Part shown: positions 18,474 to 26,764 of the stretch, piece by piece
Layout: each line of letters starts with the position of its first letter
Numbering within the stretch: position 1 is the first letter of the stretch
Position numbers and translations under genes: made by a program
Sequence record: PV764601.1
Length of the DNA: 64,000 nucleotides
Strand: one strand, 5' to 3'
The notes under the pieces: model-generated
Seen by the model: the letters and a program-made list of their open reading frames with translations, nothing else
What the model was told of the DNA's origin: nothing
Databases searched by the model: none

Positions 18474-18928
18474 TGGATGGGATCAATCTGATAGATGCCG
18501 TTCGGCGAAATGTCCAGAGCAAAGGTACTGTTGGCGGACTGCACCGCTTCCGTACCACCACTGTTCAGATCGACGTAGAACATCAGTTGCTGGGCGTTGG
18601 TACCAGTCGGGGTAGCGTTGAACAGAACAAGGTAACGCGCTCGAATGGTTACGTTCTCACCGAACAGGATGTTATCTGCGGTGATCTTGGTGAAGCCAGA
18701 TGGAGACAGCAGTTCCACTTTCTTGTTGCTCAGAACCTGTCGTGCGTAACCGCCCGTAGCAGGAACCTCGTAGGTTACAACGTCCGACAGGAACTTGTGC
18801 GAGGACCGGTCCGGAACGTAGTTGTTACCAAGCAGCATTGCTTGGATGTTATCAGTGGAGTAGTTCAGCGCGCCGCTGAACACTTCCTTGATGAAATTAT
18901 CGTATGGGATAAAATTGCCAGATGCCAT
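18470..18928 (-). CDS. Virion structural protein
   Basis: YDNFIKEVFSGALNYSTDNIQAMLL..Y.PD..H..FLSDV..EV..GGY pattern, recurrent in phage tail modules. Confidence 0.65.
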   Translation of the reverse strand: MASGNFIPYDNFIKEVFSGALNYSTDNIQAMLLGNNYVPDRSSHKFLSDVVTYEVPATGGYARQVLSNKKVELLSPSGFTKITADNILFGENVTIRARYLVLFNATPTGTNAQQLMFYVDLNSGGTEAVQSANSTFALDISPNGIYQIDPIQ

Positions 18929-19611
18929 TATCGGTCTCTCACAGTGGTTTTAGGACCAACCTTTGCGTAGGTCGTGAAGCGTTCGGGGTCAGCCGTGGCC
19001 GTTGTGGTGGAAAAACTAAGCTTCGGGGACACCGTGCCGATTTCCTCAGTGGGTCGGCCGGGCATTTCTACGTAACCGTGGAGGGTCAAGGTAGTAGTGC
19101 CCACTATTTGATTTATGTCCTCACCTTGGTCGATTTCGGGGATTTCAATCTGATCGGCCAACTCAACGAAGACGCCCATCTTGATGCCGTTGTACTTGAA
19201 GTCAAAGTCTATCCTACCCGAAGCCGCCAGCGCGATCCAATTAGCCGCCCATACCTCGTATTCAAGACTGTCGTTAGTCACATACCCAACTTCAATAGTG
19301 ACCAACGTTGGAACCAACCTCATCTGAATGAAGGTACCATCATCCAAGCGCCCGAGTTGAGACGCTAGAGGACTCTTTGCCATCCGATGTGGATTGTAGC
19401 TTTGGCGATTCAGATTGAACGCACGTGGCTTCAAGTAGAAGAAGGGATACTGAGTTTCCGGAGTATCCTTCTGGCCGTTAGCCCTACGCAGGAATTCCTG
19501 CACGGGGTTATTACCTGTAGTAACAACAGGAGCCGGAAGGTGGAACGCCATAGAGAGCTTAGTACCGACCGAGTGAATCAACTGCGTAATCAGTGCTCGC
19601 TGGGGTTTCAT
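18928..19611 (-). CDS. Putative tail completion/terminator or neck protein
   Basis: YPFFYLKP..LVPTLVTIEVGYVTND pattern; position between the head and sheath genes. Confidence 0.5.
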   Translation of the reverse strand: MKPQRALITQLIHSVGTKLSMAFHLPAPVVTTGNNPVQEFLRRANGQKDTPETQYPFFYLKPRAFNLNRQSYNPHRMAKSPLASQLGRLDDGTFIQMRLVPTLVTIEVGYVTNDSLEYEVWAANWIALAASGRIDFDFKYNGIKMGVFVELADQIEIPEIDQGEDINQIVGTTTLTLHGYVEMPGRPTEEIGTVSPKLSFSTTTATADPERFTTYAKVGPKTTVRDR

Positions 19612-19653
19612 AGATCACCTGTAGGGGCGCAGGAATCCTGCGCTCCTTCTCTG

Positions 19654-21279
19654 TTACGACAGGCCGTGGGGTTCCGGCAGCGGCTTGCGTCGTACAGCAG
19701 GCAGCCTCAGAAGTTCCTGAGCGCGGGTGCCGTGCAGACCCGCCCAGCGCTTTGCGTGCTCAAACTGCTTATGGAAGTTGCGGGCGTCTTCAGTGTTGCC
19801 TGTGCGCTTCGCATCCATGTGCAGGGTGGTGAATGCCGATGCGGCCTTCTCGAAACGATCCTGCTCCTGCAAGTGGTAGGCAGCGTCTTCTACAGCCCGA
19901 TGCTTGTACCAATACTCACCCGGAACCAGTCCTTCGATGGTGATGGTGCAATTAACGTCCGGCGGGTAAATGTCAAGTTGATCCTCCTCACCGTTGGTGT
20001 CGGTGTCTGCCAACTGCACTTGATTCAGGCGCACGTCATCGTCGCCATCATTCTCCACGTCCGATACCTGCTCACCACGATCCCAAATCTTTACCGGCAT
20101 GTCCTCAGCGGATTGCACAGGGTACTGGCTGGCGTTAGGCAGATCAACCGATGCTGGAACATAGTCCCCATCGTTGTGATCTTCGTCATCGTCATCCTGC
20201 TCGTTCTCTTCATCCTCATCGTCATCGTTCGGATCATACAGCGGATCGTCATCAAAGATGGTGAAATCCTCATTGTCGGTATCGAGAATATCGTCATCTT
20301 CATCGTCTACGTCATCATCGTCATCGGCGGACGAATGTTCGTAGCTGGTACCGTAGCCAGCACCATTGTCTTCCGAGTCATGTCGATACTTGAGGTGATC
20401 GCCAAGGCTCTTGACGACCGAATCGAGATGCTTAACAACCAAGCACGAATCGTCCACGTCGGCCAGCTGCGGGTTCACCATTTCATCGTCGTCCCGACCT
20501 TCGAGGTCAGTCCAAGAGGGGTTCTTTTGCTTTTCCAAGGTGGGATCATCCGATGCATCGCCGTCATCGTCGGCGGAAGAATTCTGCTCTGATTCCGTAT
20601 CTACGTCTTCACCGTCATCATCAAACGGAATGTCTTGCAGCTGCGGATCAGCTTCGTTGCTTTCATCATCCAGAACGTCGTCGATGCCACGCACAGTGTC
20701 TTGATCGTTCGGATCATTGTTGGCGCGAGTGAAATCACTCACGTCAAAGTTGTTGTTGTGCTCACCATCCAGCGCGTAATTGAACTCACCCGGCGCAGTG
20801 GAAACGATAGGATCACCGTCACCAATAATGTCGTCAAGCTCAACGTCTTCGGGATTGGACTGTCGAACAGTTTCTGCGTCCTGCATGTTAGAGAGCGCAG
20901 GGTCGTTCGGGCTATCACCCGAGTTGCCAATCTTGCCGTCCATAAGGAAGGTTACCTTTGTACCTGGGTACTGGTCGAGGCCGTTGCCCTTCAGAATGTC
21001 GTCAGGGTTTGCGCGGCCGTTAGAACTGTGATCGTACTTGCCCGGCATGTGTGGGTAGTTGCCGTCAGTACCATCGGCGTTGTCGGTACGGCCTGCGTAC
21101 ACCGTATCGAACTCACTTTCCAGCGCTGCGTATTCTGCCGCGCTAGTAGCTTCTAGTTCATGATGCAGTGACTCAAAGCCTTGAGCCGAACGGGCACTAA
21201 GGAGGGCTGCGAGTGCCTCCCCAGTGTCCGGATGAGTCATGGCGACCAACAGAAGGTCGCGTGCCTTGTTGTATTGCAT
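19654..21279 (-). CDS. Extremely acidic (Asp/Glu-rich) head-associated protein
   Basis: 541 aa with long poly-D/E tracts; GGAGG RBS. Confidence 0.7.
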   Translation of the reverse strand: MQYNKARDLLLVAMTHPDTGEALAALLSARSAQGFESLHHELEATSAAEYAALESEFDTVYAGRTDNADGTDGNYPHMPGKYDHSSNGRANPDDILKGNGLDQYPGTKVTFLMDGKIGNSGDSPNDPALSNMQDAETVRQSNPEDVELDDIIGDGDPIVSTAPGEFNYALDGEHNNNFDVSDFTRANNDPNDQDTVRGIDDVLDDESNEADPQLQDIPFDDDGEDVDTESEQNSSADDDGDASDDPTLEKQKNPSWTDLEGRDDDEMVNPQLADVDDSCLVVKHLDSVVKSLGDHLKYRHDSEDNGAGYGTSYEHSSADDDDDVDDEDDDILDTDNEDFTIFDDDPLYDPNDDDEDEENEQDDDDEDHNDGDYVPASVDLPNASQYPVQSAEDMPVKIWDRGEQVSDVENDGDDDVRLNQVQLADTDTNGEEDQLDIYPPDVNCTITIEGLVPGEYWYKHRAVEDAAYHLQEQDRFEKAASAFTTLHMDAKRTGNTEDARNFHKQFEHAKRWAGLHGTRAQELLRLPAVRRKPLPEPHGLS

Positions 21280-21291
21280 GAATGCCTCCAG

Positions 21292-21747
21292 TTATTGTTT
21301 CAGCGCAAGCCGCTGATGCTCCATGTGACGATTGTAGAAATCGTCGCGTGCTCGCAGCAGGGTCGGACTTTTGTTGCGGGTGTGGCCTGCGTTGGCCCAA
21401 TAGTGCAAGTGTTTGTATTGTTCGGCAAGCTGCGTGTGCAACTCCTTGCCCTTGTCGGCGCGGCCACTTTCTTTTAGGAAGGCCACCTTTTCCTTGAGTC
21501 GATGAGTGAGCTTCTGTGCTGCTTCTCTATGATCTTGGGATTCAACTGAATTGATGCGAATGTGGGGGCTCAGACTCTCGGCCTGCATGGAGCGCCCTGC
21601 GTGTCTCAATCTATTTTGATGCGCTTGAAGCAATTCAACCTCTCGGCCCTTCTGAGCACCAAGGCGTTCGTGCTTAATGATTTCCGTCACGTCCTTATGC
21701 AGTTTTTGCTCTTCCTTCTTTTTCTTGTCACTCGCCGTCTCCAGCAT
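21292..21747 (-). CDS. Hypothetical basic helical protein
   Basis: Start ATG 21747 (MLETASD) after GAGGA RBS. Confidence 0.6.
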   Translation of the reverse strand: MLETASDKKKKEEQKLHKDVTEIIKHERLGAQKGREVELLQAHQNRLRHAGRSMQAESLSPHIRINSVESQDHREAAQKLTHRLKEKVAFLKESGRADKGKELHTQLAEQYKHLHYWANAGHTRNKSPTLLRARDDFYNRHMEHQRLALKQ

Positions 21748-21773
21748 AGCGTTGTCCTCGGAGTGCAGAAATG

Positions 21774-21802
21774 AAAAAGGGCCACCCCTTTCGAGGTAGC
21801 CC
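21774..21802 (-). terminator. Rho-independent terminator downstream of tRNA
   Basis: gggctacctcgaaaggggtggccc followed by TTTTT on the minus strand. Confidence 0.7.
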
Positions 21803-21849
21803 GAGGATTTGCCAGTGGCGACGTCGGGCGCGCACACCAGTGCAGATTT

Positions 21850-21925
21850 TGGCGGACAAGGCAGGGGTCGAACCTGCGACGGCCGGATTAACAGTCCGGT
21901 GCTCTACCAGCTGAGCTACATGTCC
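21850..21925 (-). tRNA. trnN: tRNA-Asn (GTT), 76 nt, encoded CCA
   Basis: GGACATG TAGCTCAGCTGGTAGAGC A CCGGA CTGTTAA TCCGG CCGTC GCAGG TTCGACC CCTGC CTTGTCC G CCA: full cloverleaf with one U-U mismatch in the acceptor stem. Confidence 0.95.
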
Positions 21926-22039
21926 AAGTAAATGTACTAAAGGGACGAAACACCAACAGCCTTACGCCATCCTTGATAGCCTAATCGGCCCATCTTTTGG
22001 TTCATACAAGGACTGGTGAATCGTCTCGTTAGTACATTC

Positions 22040-22071
22040 AAAAGGGAGGGGAGCCGAAGCTCCCACTCCCT
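22040..22071 (-). terminator. Rho-independent terminator after major capsid gene
   Basis: agggagtgggagc-ttcg-gctcccctccc followed by TTTT on the minus strand. Confidence 0.8.
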
Positions 22072-22087
22072 ATCCCTGTCGGGGGAA

Positions 22088-23185
22088 TTACGAACCGACG
22101 CGACGCGCCAGAGCAATCGAAGCGGCGTTGGCGATGACCATCGAAACGGTCTCGAACATCGCCCAACCACGGCCCGGGACGCCCTCGGTAGCGATACCGA
22201 TCGGCTCGGCGACGACGCCACCGCGATCAGTGAAGTTACCGTGGTAGTTCGGATCCGACACCACCCAGAACTCGCCCTTCGGCAGAACGTGGTGGTACGG
22301 GTGACGGTAGGCGTCAGTGGTGATGGTCATGCCCAGCAGGCGACCGATTTCACCAGTCAGAACGATTTCGTGACGGGTGACCGGATCGACGCCGCTCATA
22401 AACTGCTGCGAGCCGATAATGTCGTTCCACAGGTCAGCGGCCATGACCAGGTTGGTCGCGCCGATGCGGTTCGAGATCAGCTGGGTGCGAACCTGGGCCA
22501 GACCCTGCGGGGTCAGGTCGCCCACGATGGTGGTGGACGGGTTCACGATACCGACCGACTGGAGGGCCATCGCACGCCAAGTGCGATCTTCCTGCACCAT
22601 GATGCCTTCCAGAGCTTCCAGGTACTTGTCCTGAAGGATGTCCGTGTTGGTCTGATCGATTTCGCGCTGCTCGATGTACGGGCGAGCCTCGATGAAGAAC
22701 TCCTGCGGCCAGAAGCGACGGTTGCGGATCAGCTGAGTTTCACACTTGACCGGACCGGTAGCCACTACGCCCATGACGTTCTGGAACGGCAGCAGGGTCT
22801 GGGGGTACTGGCCCTGCTGGAGTTCCTGACGCTTCAGAAGCTTACGAGCGAAGCCCTGCTTGTTGGCGGCGAAGTTGATTTCGTCGGTCAGCACGGCGCC
22901 CAGAGCTTCGTGTTCCTTCGGATCATCGAAAGCGGCCTGCACCATTTCGCGGTGGGCCTTGGCCATAGTCTCCGCAGTCGCGGCGGCCTCTTCGGTCACC
23001 ACGTGGGTGCCGCTGGCAACTTCCTGGGCCAGAGCGGCCAGGGTCTTCAGTGCGTCCGCCTTGGAGCTTGCGTTGATGTGGCCGTCCTGACCGACAAGGC
23101 GTTCACTGCGACCGGACAAGCGGAAGTCAGTAGCGACAGCCGAGCGCACCGGGCGGCGCTGCGAAGAAAACTGAATGTTCGACAT
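22088..23185 (-). CDS. Major capsid protein (HK97-fold)
   Basis: 365 aa with strongly biased codons, followed by a strong terminator. GFARKLL, IEARPYIE..EI, LTGEIGRLLGMTITTD and GWAMFE motifs are typical of large-myophage capsid proteins. Confidence 0.85.
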   Translation of the reverse strand: MSNIQFSSQRRPVRSAVATDFRLSGRSERLVGQDGHINASSKADALKTLAALAQEVASGTHVVTEEAAATAETMAKAHREMVQAAFDDPKEHEALGAVLTDEINFAANKQGFARKLLKRQELQQGQYPQTLLPFQNVMGVVATGPVKCETQLIRNRRFWPQEFFIEARPYIEQREIDQTNTDILQDKYLEALEGIMVQEDRTWRAMALQSVGIVNPSTTIVGDLTPQGLAQVRTQLISNRIGATNLVMAADLWNDIIGSQQFMSGVDPVTRHEIVLTGEIGRLLGMTITTDAYRHPYHHVLPKGEFWVVSDPNYHGNFTDRGGVVAEPIGIATEGVPGRGWAMFETVSMVIANAASIALARRVGS

Positions 23186-23215
23186 TTGAATGTTCCTCAG
23201 AGGTGTGTCAATGAA

Positions 23216-23929
23216 TTAACCGTTGAAGCCGACGCTCAGGCCCAGCCAAGCCGAACCAGTGGACGGACGGCTCAGGACGCGAACGCCCGGAATGGCTTCA
23301 GCGATGTTGGTGGTGGCAGTGAACAGGCCGTTCGGACCCAGCTTCACGTACAGGGCGGCGGCAGTCCAGTCAGCGCCGGTATCGAAGCAGGAGGTACGGA
23401 TATCACCACTGGTGAACACGCCGACGGTGTTCAGGGTAGCGGCGACGTTGTGGCCCGGCAGCTGGTCACCCTGAATCCAACGGACCAGTTCGACAGTGGC
23501 AGCGACGCGGTAGGCGACGAGGATGGTGTTGCCAGCCGAAGCAGTGGCGGTGGCGAAGACCTGAGCGTCAGCGGTCGGAGCGTACTGAGCGGCGGTCGGG
23601 GTAGCACCAACGGCCACAGCGGTCAGGGCTTCGTTGCTGGTCTGATTCTTGACGAACAGAGCAGCGCCGGTGTACGGCACGGCCGGCAGCTTGAACTGAC
23701 CGTTGGCACCGACCACGACTTCCACAACCTGCGGAACCGAAACCGGATCCAGCTGAGTGGTGATCGACAGGCCGACGAACTGTTCACCGGCAGCGCCGGT
23801 CGAAACGGTCACGCCGTCCTGAACGTTGGTGTCAGCGACGAGGGCCAGGCCTTCTTCATTGACGAGGAACGGGGTACCGGTCTTGCGAGAGGTGCTCGAA
23901 CGGAGACGGGTCTGCGAAAAGTCCAACAT
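23216..23929 (-). CDS. Head decoration/structural protein
   Basis: 237 aa Ala/Val/Gly/Thr-rich; immediately upstream of the capsid gene; biased codon usage. Confidence 0.65.
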   Translation of the reverse strand: MLDFSQTRLRSSTSRKTGTPFLVNEEGLALVADTNVQDGVTVSTGAAGEQFVGLSITTQLDPVSVPQVVEVVVGANGQFKLPAVPYTGAALFVKNQTSNEALTAVAVGATPTAAQYAPTADAQVFATATASAGNTILVAYRVAATVELVRWIQGDQLPGHNVAATLNTVGVFTSGDIRTSCFDTGADWTAAALYVKLGPNGLFTATTNIAEAIPGVRVLSRPSTGSAWLGLSVGFNG

Positions 23930-23969
23930 GGGATTTTACCTCAGTAGTGAAATGATTGATTGAAGAGGA

Positions 23970-25820
23970 TCAGCCGCCGAACAGGCGACCCTTACCCACT
24001 TCCGACCTCAATTGCGTAACAGTGCGGTGAACGGCATTGCCGCGCGCATTGCTACCGACTCCGCTCTGGCGCGGAACACTAGCAGTCACTTCTTCGTTGA
24101 CGCCGACCATAGGCTGACGCAGCGAAGCAACGACGGTGCTGGTGGTTTCGTGGACGCCCGCGTTGGCACGTTCGTAAACGTGACGCGAACCGACGACGGT
24201 CTTGGCAATGGCGTTGCGCGCCTCGACCGGCATAGACAGCAGGTTGAACGCCTCAGCGATCAGAGCCTTGTTGTACCCGTCCTGCGAAGAAGCCAGAGCC
24301 TCATCGACAATACGGTGGGGATTGCGCAGGCCCGCATTCTCCAGAGAAGCAACCAGCGCGTCTCGGATGGGGTTGCCCGCATCGAAGAACTGCTTGGTGA
24401 TGCCGGTGCTGGCGATAGCGAGGCACGCCTGCACTTCGTCCAGCGAAGCCTGATTCTTGGCAGAAGCCAGTTCGGCAGCGCGAGCTTCGACACGATCATT
24501 AGCAAGGGCGGCGATGGCCGTATCGTTGCTCTTGATGGTCAGGTGCTCGAAGCCGAAGGAGGCCAGAGTCTCATCGAAGCCGGAAATCTCAACGCTGTTG
24601 GCGATGGCTTCCAGATACGCCTGAGTCTTGAAGTGCTCACGCACGTTGGCGTTGACGTTCGCCTCTTCCAGCACAGCGACGGTGTACGGACCGACGTATG
24701 CAACGATGGAGGCTTCGACACGGCCAAAGCGAATCGGCGGATTTCCCGGCTGCGAGGTACGCACAATGTCCAGCAGCGGGACTGCCTTGAACTGCTCGCC
24801 CTTGAAGGCGTCTTCGTTCACGCAGTTGTCCGTGCCGTCCGGCTGCACGCTCTTCTGATCCAGCTTATCCTTAGCCACGCTGTTCTTGTAGACCTCCTCT
24901 TCCGAGGGGAACTTGAACTCAGGCAGACGGCCATCAGCGCCCGGAACCGAACTCAGTTCAGAGCGATCAACCTTGTCCAGATCGGTGGTGCGACCCTTAC
25001 GGGCAGCAATGGTTTCGATAGGGGCATCGCCCTTAGTTGCCTTCACTTCTTCGTTCTCGTTGTTCCTATGGGCGTCAGCCGGATTGGAATCACGATGGCC
25101 TTCCGGTTCGTGGTTGTTCACGAACGTCTGCGGATCACCGACCTTGAATTCGTCGCAGCCCGCGTCCTCTTCCTTTTCCTTCTTCAGCATGCCGTGGCGT
25201 TCACGCTCATGAGCAAGACCCGGGTCTTCCTTCTTGGCTTCTTCCTTGTCATCCTTATCGGATGCACACTTGGCAGCGGCCTTTTCTTCGTTGTTCTTGT
25301 CGCGCTTCGCAGCGGCCGGGTTCGACTCGCGGTAGTGCGGCGGTTCGTTGGCATCCACGAACGTCTGCGGATCAGCGACCTTGTCCGCTTCCAGTTCGAC
25401 TTCAGTACGGCCTTGGCTTTCCCGACCAATCTTGACGCAAGCGTCCTCTTCGTCCTCGTCCTCATCATCGTCATCAGAAGCAGCTTCCGAAACGAAATGA
25501 TTGTCAGTGCCGCAGACCGAACAGAAAACAACGCCGTTGTCTTCGACCGCGGAACTCATGACGAGGTGCTGATTGCAGCAGGAGCATTCTACTACTGCGC
25601 AATTGGCTTCTTCAGTGATCGGATCCAGAGCGGAGGCAGTAACGCTGTCCTGCAATCGAGTGGTATTGTCGCAACCACACAGAACGCAGAACGGAGTGCT
25701 CATGCTGGCCTGCACCGAGAAGTGGTTGCCGCAGCCTTCGCAGCCAAAGGAAGCGAAAGCAACCTCAGCGCTGGGAAGGGACGGCTTCTGTGAAGCAAAA
25801 ACAGTTGGAATGAGATTCAC
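23970..25820 (-). CDS. Prohead scaffold-like protein with N-terminal Zn-ribbons
   Basis: GTG start 25820 after GAGGA RBS; four CxxC-type pairs (CEGC, CVLC, CSCC, CSVC), charged middle, helical C-terminus; upstream of the decoration and capsid genes. Confidence 0.6.
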   Translation of the reverse strand: MNLIPTVFASQKPSLPSAEVAFASFGCEGCGNHFSVQASMSTPFCVLCGCDNTTRLQDSVTASALDPITEEANCAVVECSCCNQHLVMSSAVEDNGVVFCSVCGTDNHFVSEAASDDDDEDEDEEDACVKIGRESQGRTEVELEADKVADPQTFVDANEPPHYRESNPAAAKRDKNNEEKAAAKCASDKDDKEEAKKEDPGLAHERERHGMLKKEKEEDAGCDEFKVGDPQTFVNNHEPEGHRDSNPADAHRNNENEEVKATKGDAPIETIAARKGRTTDLDKVDRSELSSVPGADGRLPEFKFPSEEEVYKNSVAKDKLDQKSVQPDGTDNCVNEDAFKGEQFKAVPLLDIVRTSQPGNPPIRFGRVEASIVAYVGPYTVAVLEEANVNANVREHFKTQAYLEAIANSVEISGFDETLASFGFEHLTIKSNDTAIAALANDRVEARAAELASAKNQASLDEVQACLAIASTGITKQFFDAGNPIRDALVASLENAGLRNPHRIVDEALASSQDGYNKALIAEAFNLLSMPVEARNAIAKTVVGSRHVYERANAGVHETTSTVVASLRQPMVGVNEEVTASVPRQSGVGSNARGNAVHRTVTQLRSEVGKGRLFGG

Positions 25821-26227
25821 AACGTGTTCCTCAGTTGAAGTTGTCCGTAAGTTGTTATGACACAATTTCCACCCCAACCCGGACAACGCCAGAGCAGGTG
25901 ATGGTAGGCTGAGGGGTTCTATCGCCCTCGTACACTCAAATTGCGAGAAAACAACGTGCATCCAGCGTAGATATGCTCGATCCTAGGCGATTTTGGCCTT
26001 CTGGACCCATTCTGACCCTCCTGGGTCGATCCTGACCCGTGCGGGGTGGTTCCGTAAGGGCAGAACTGCCGGAAACGTATTTCCGCAAATGAGGCAGTTC
26101 GGACCCTTATTTTGCCAGTTTAGGCCCTCCCAAGAGGCTGGGACGGTAATAGACCGAAGATTAAGCCCAGAACTGCGAAATAAGGGCGATTTTACTGTAA
26201 CGCTGGCGTGTCTAGGGGGATCGCATG

Positions 26228-26706
26228 TAGAAATCGAACTCCTAAAGGGTGTTAGAAATCGGAAGGGATTTCTACAGCCGCAGCAGGGTGGTTGTTAGAA
26301 ATCGAACTCCTAAAGGAATTGCAAAGTGAGGTGTTTTACACAGGATTGAACGGGAGGCCCTGTAGAGTCGGTTCCCGGCTACACAGATGCAACTTTTCAG
26401 GAATTTTGTTAGAAATCGTACTCCTATAAAGTAAGAGTAGTATTTCTAACAACTCTAGAGGGAAATTTCTCTCCCTAGGGATATTCAAGGGAGGCGCGTA
26501 AGCGACGACCGCGAAACGCCAGCGATCCTTTAGGATCGCTGGCTTACCGAGAAGTGCACCTTTAGGTGGTAGGCTGCGCCTACCTAGGGATTCGACGCTA
26601 CGCGTCTCACCCTACCGAGATTCAAATGAGCATGTAGGTATCCTGACACAAAAATCCCAGGTTTTAGGAAGGCCATAACTGGGCCTGATTTCTACAGTTA
26701 GAAATC
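26228..26706. repeat. Iteron-like TAGAAAT(C) repeat cluster with palindromes; candidate replication origin
   Basis: Direct copies at 26228, 26253, 26296, 26410, 26699; inverted copies at 26267, 26441, 26687; non-coding strand-switch region. Confidence 0.6.
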
Positions 26707-26764
26707 CTGTAAATATCAGGCAGCAGCGCCGCCCACGGCAGGCGCTTTTCTAGGACAGAGAAAC

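Noticed and set aside
15075-25793. Long plus-strand ORFs (15075-17864, 22016-23947, 24012-25793, 19387-20592) and 821-2143
   Set aside because: Antisense shadows of sheath, capsid, scaffold and baseplate genes caused by codon bias; no RBS or recognisable domains.
3461-25860. TAACAAC as a late promoter on the minus strand (3461, 13911, 25851)
   Set aside because: Only three hits; one coincides with a stop codon; positions relative to starts are inconsistent, so support is insufficient.
26228-26706. CRISPR array
   Set aside because: Repeats are short (8-21 bp), irregularly spaced and in both orientations, without unique equal-length spacers; no cas genes.
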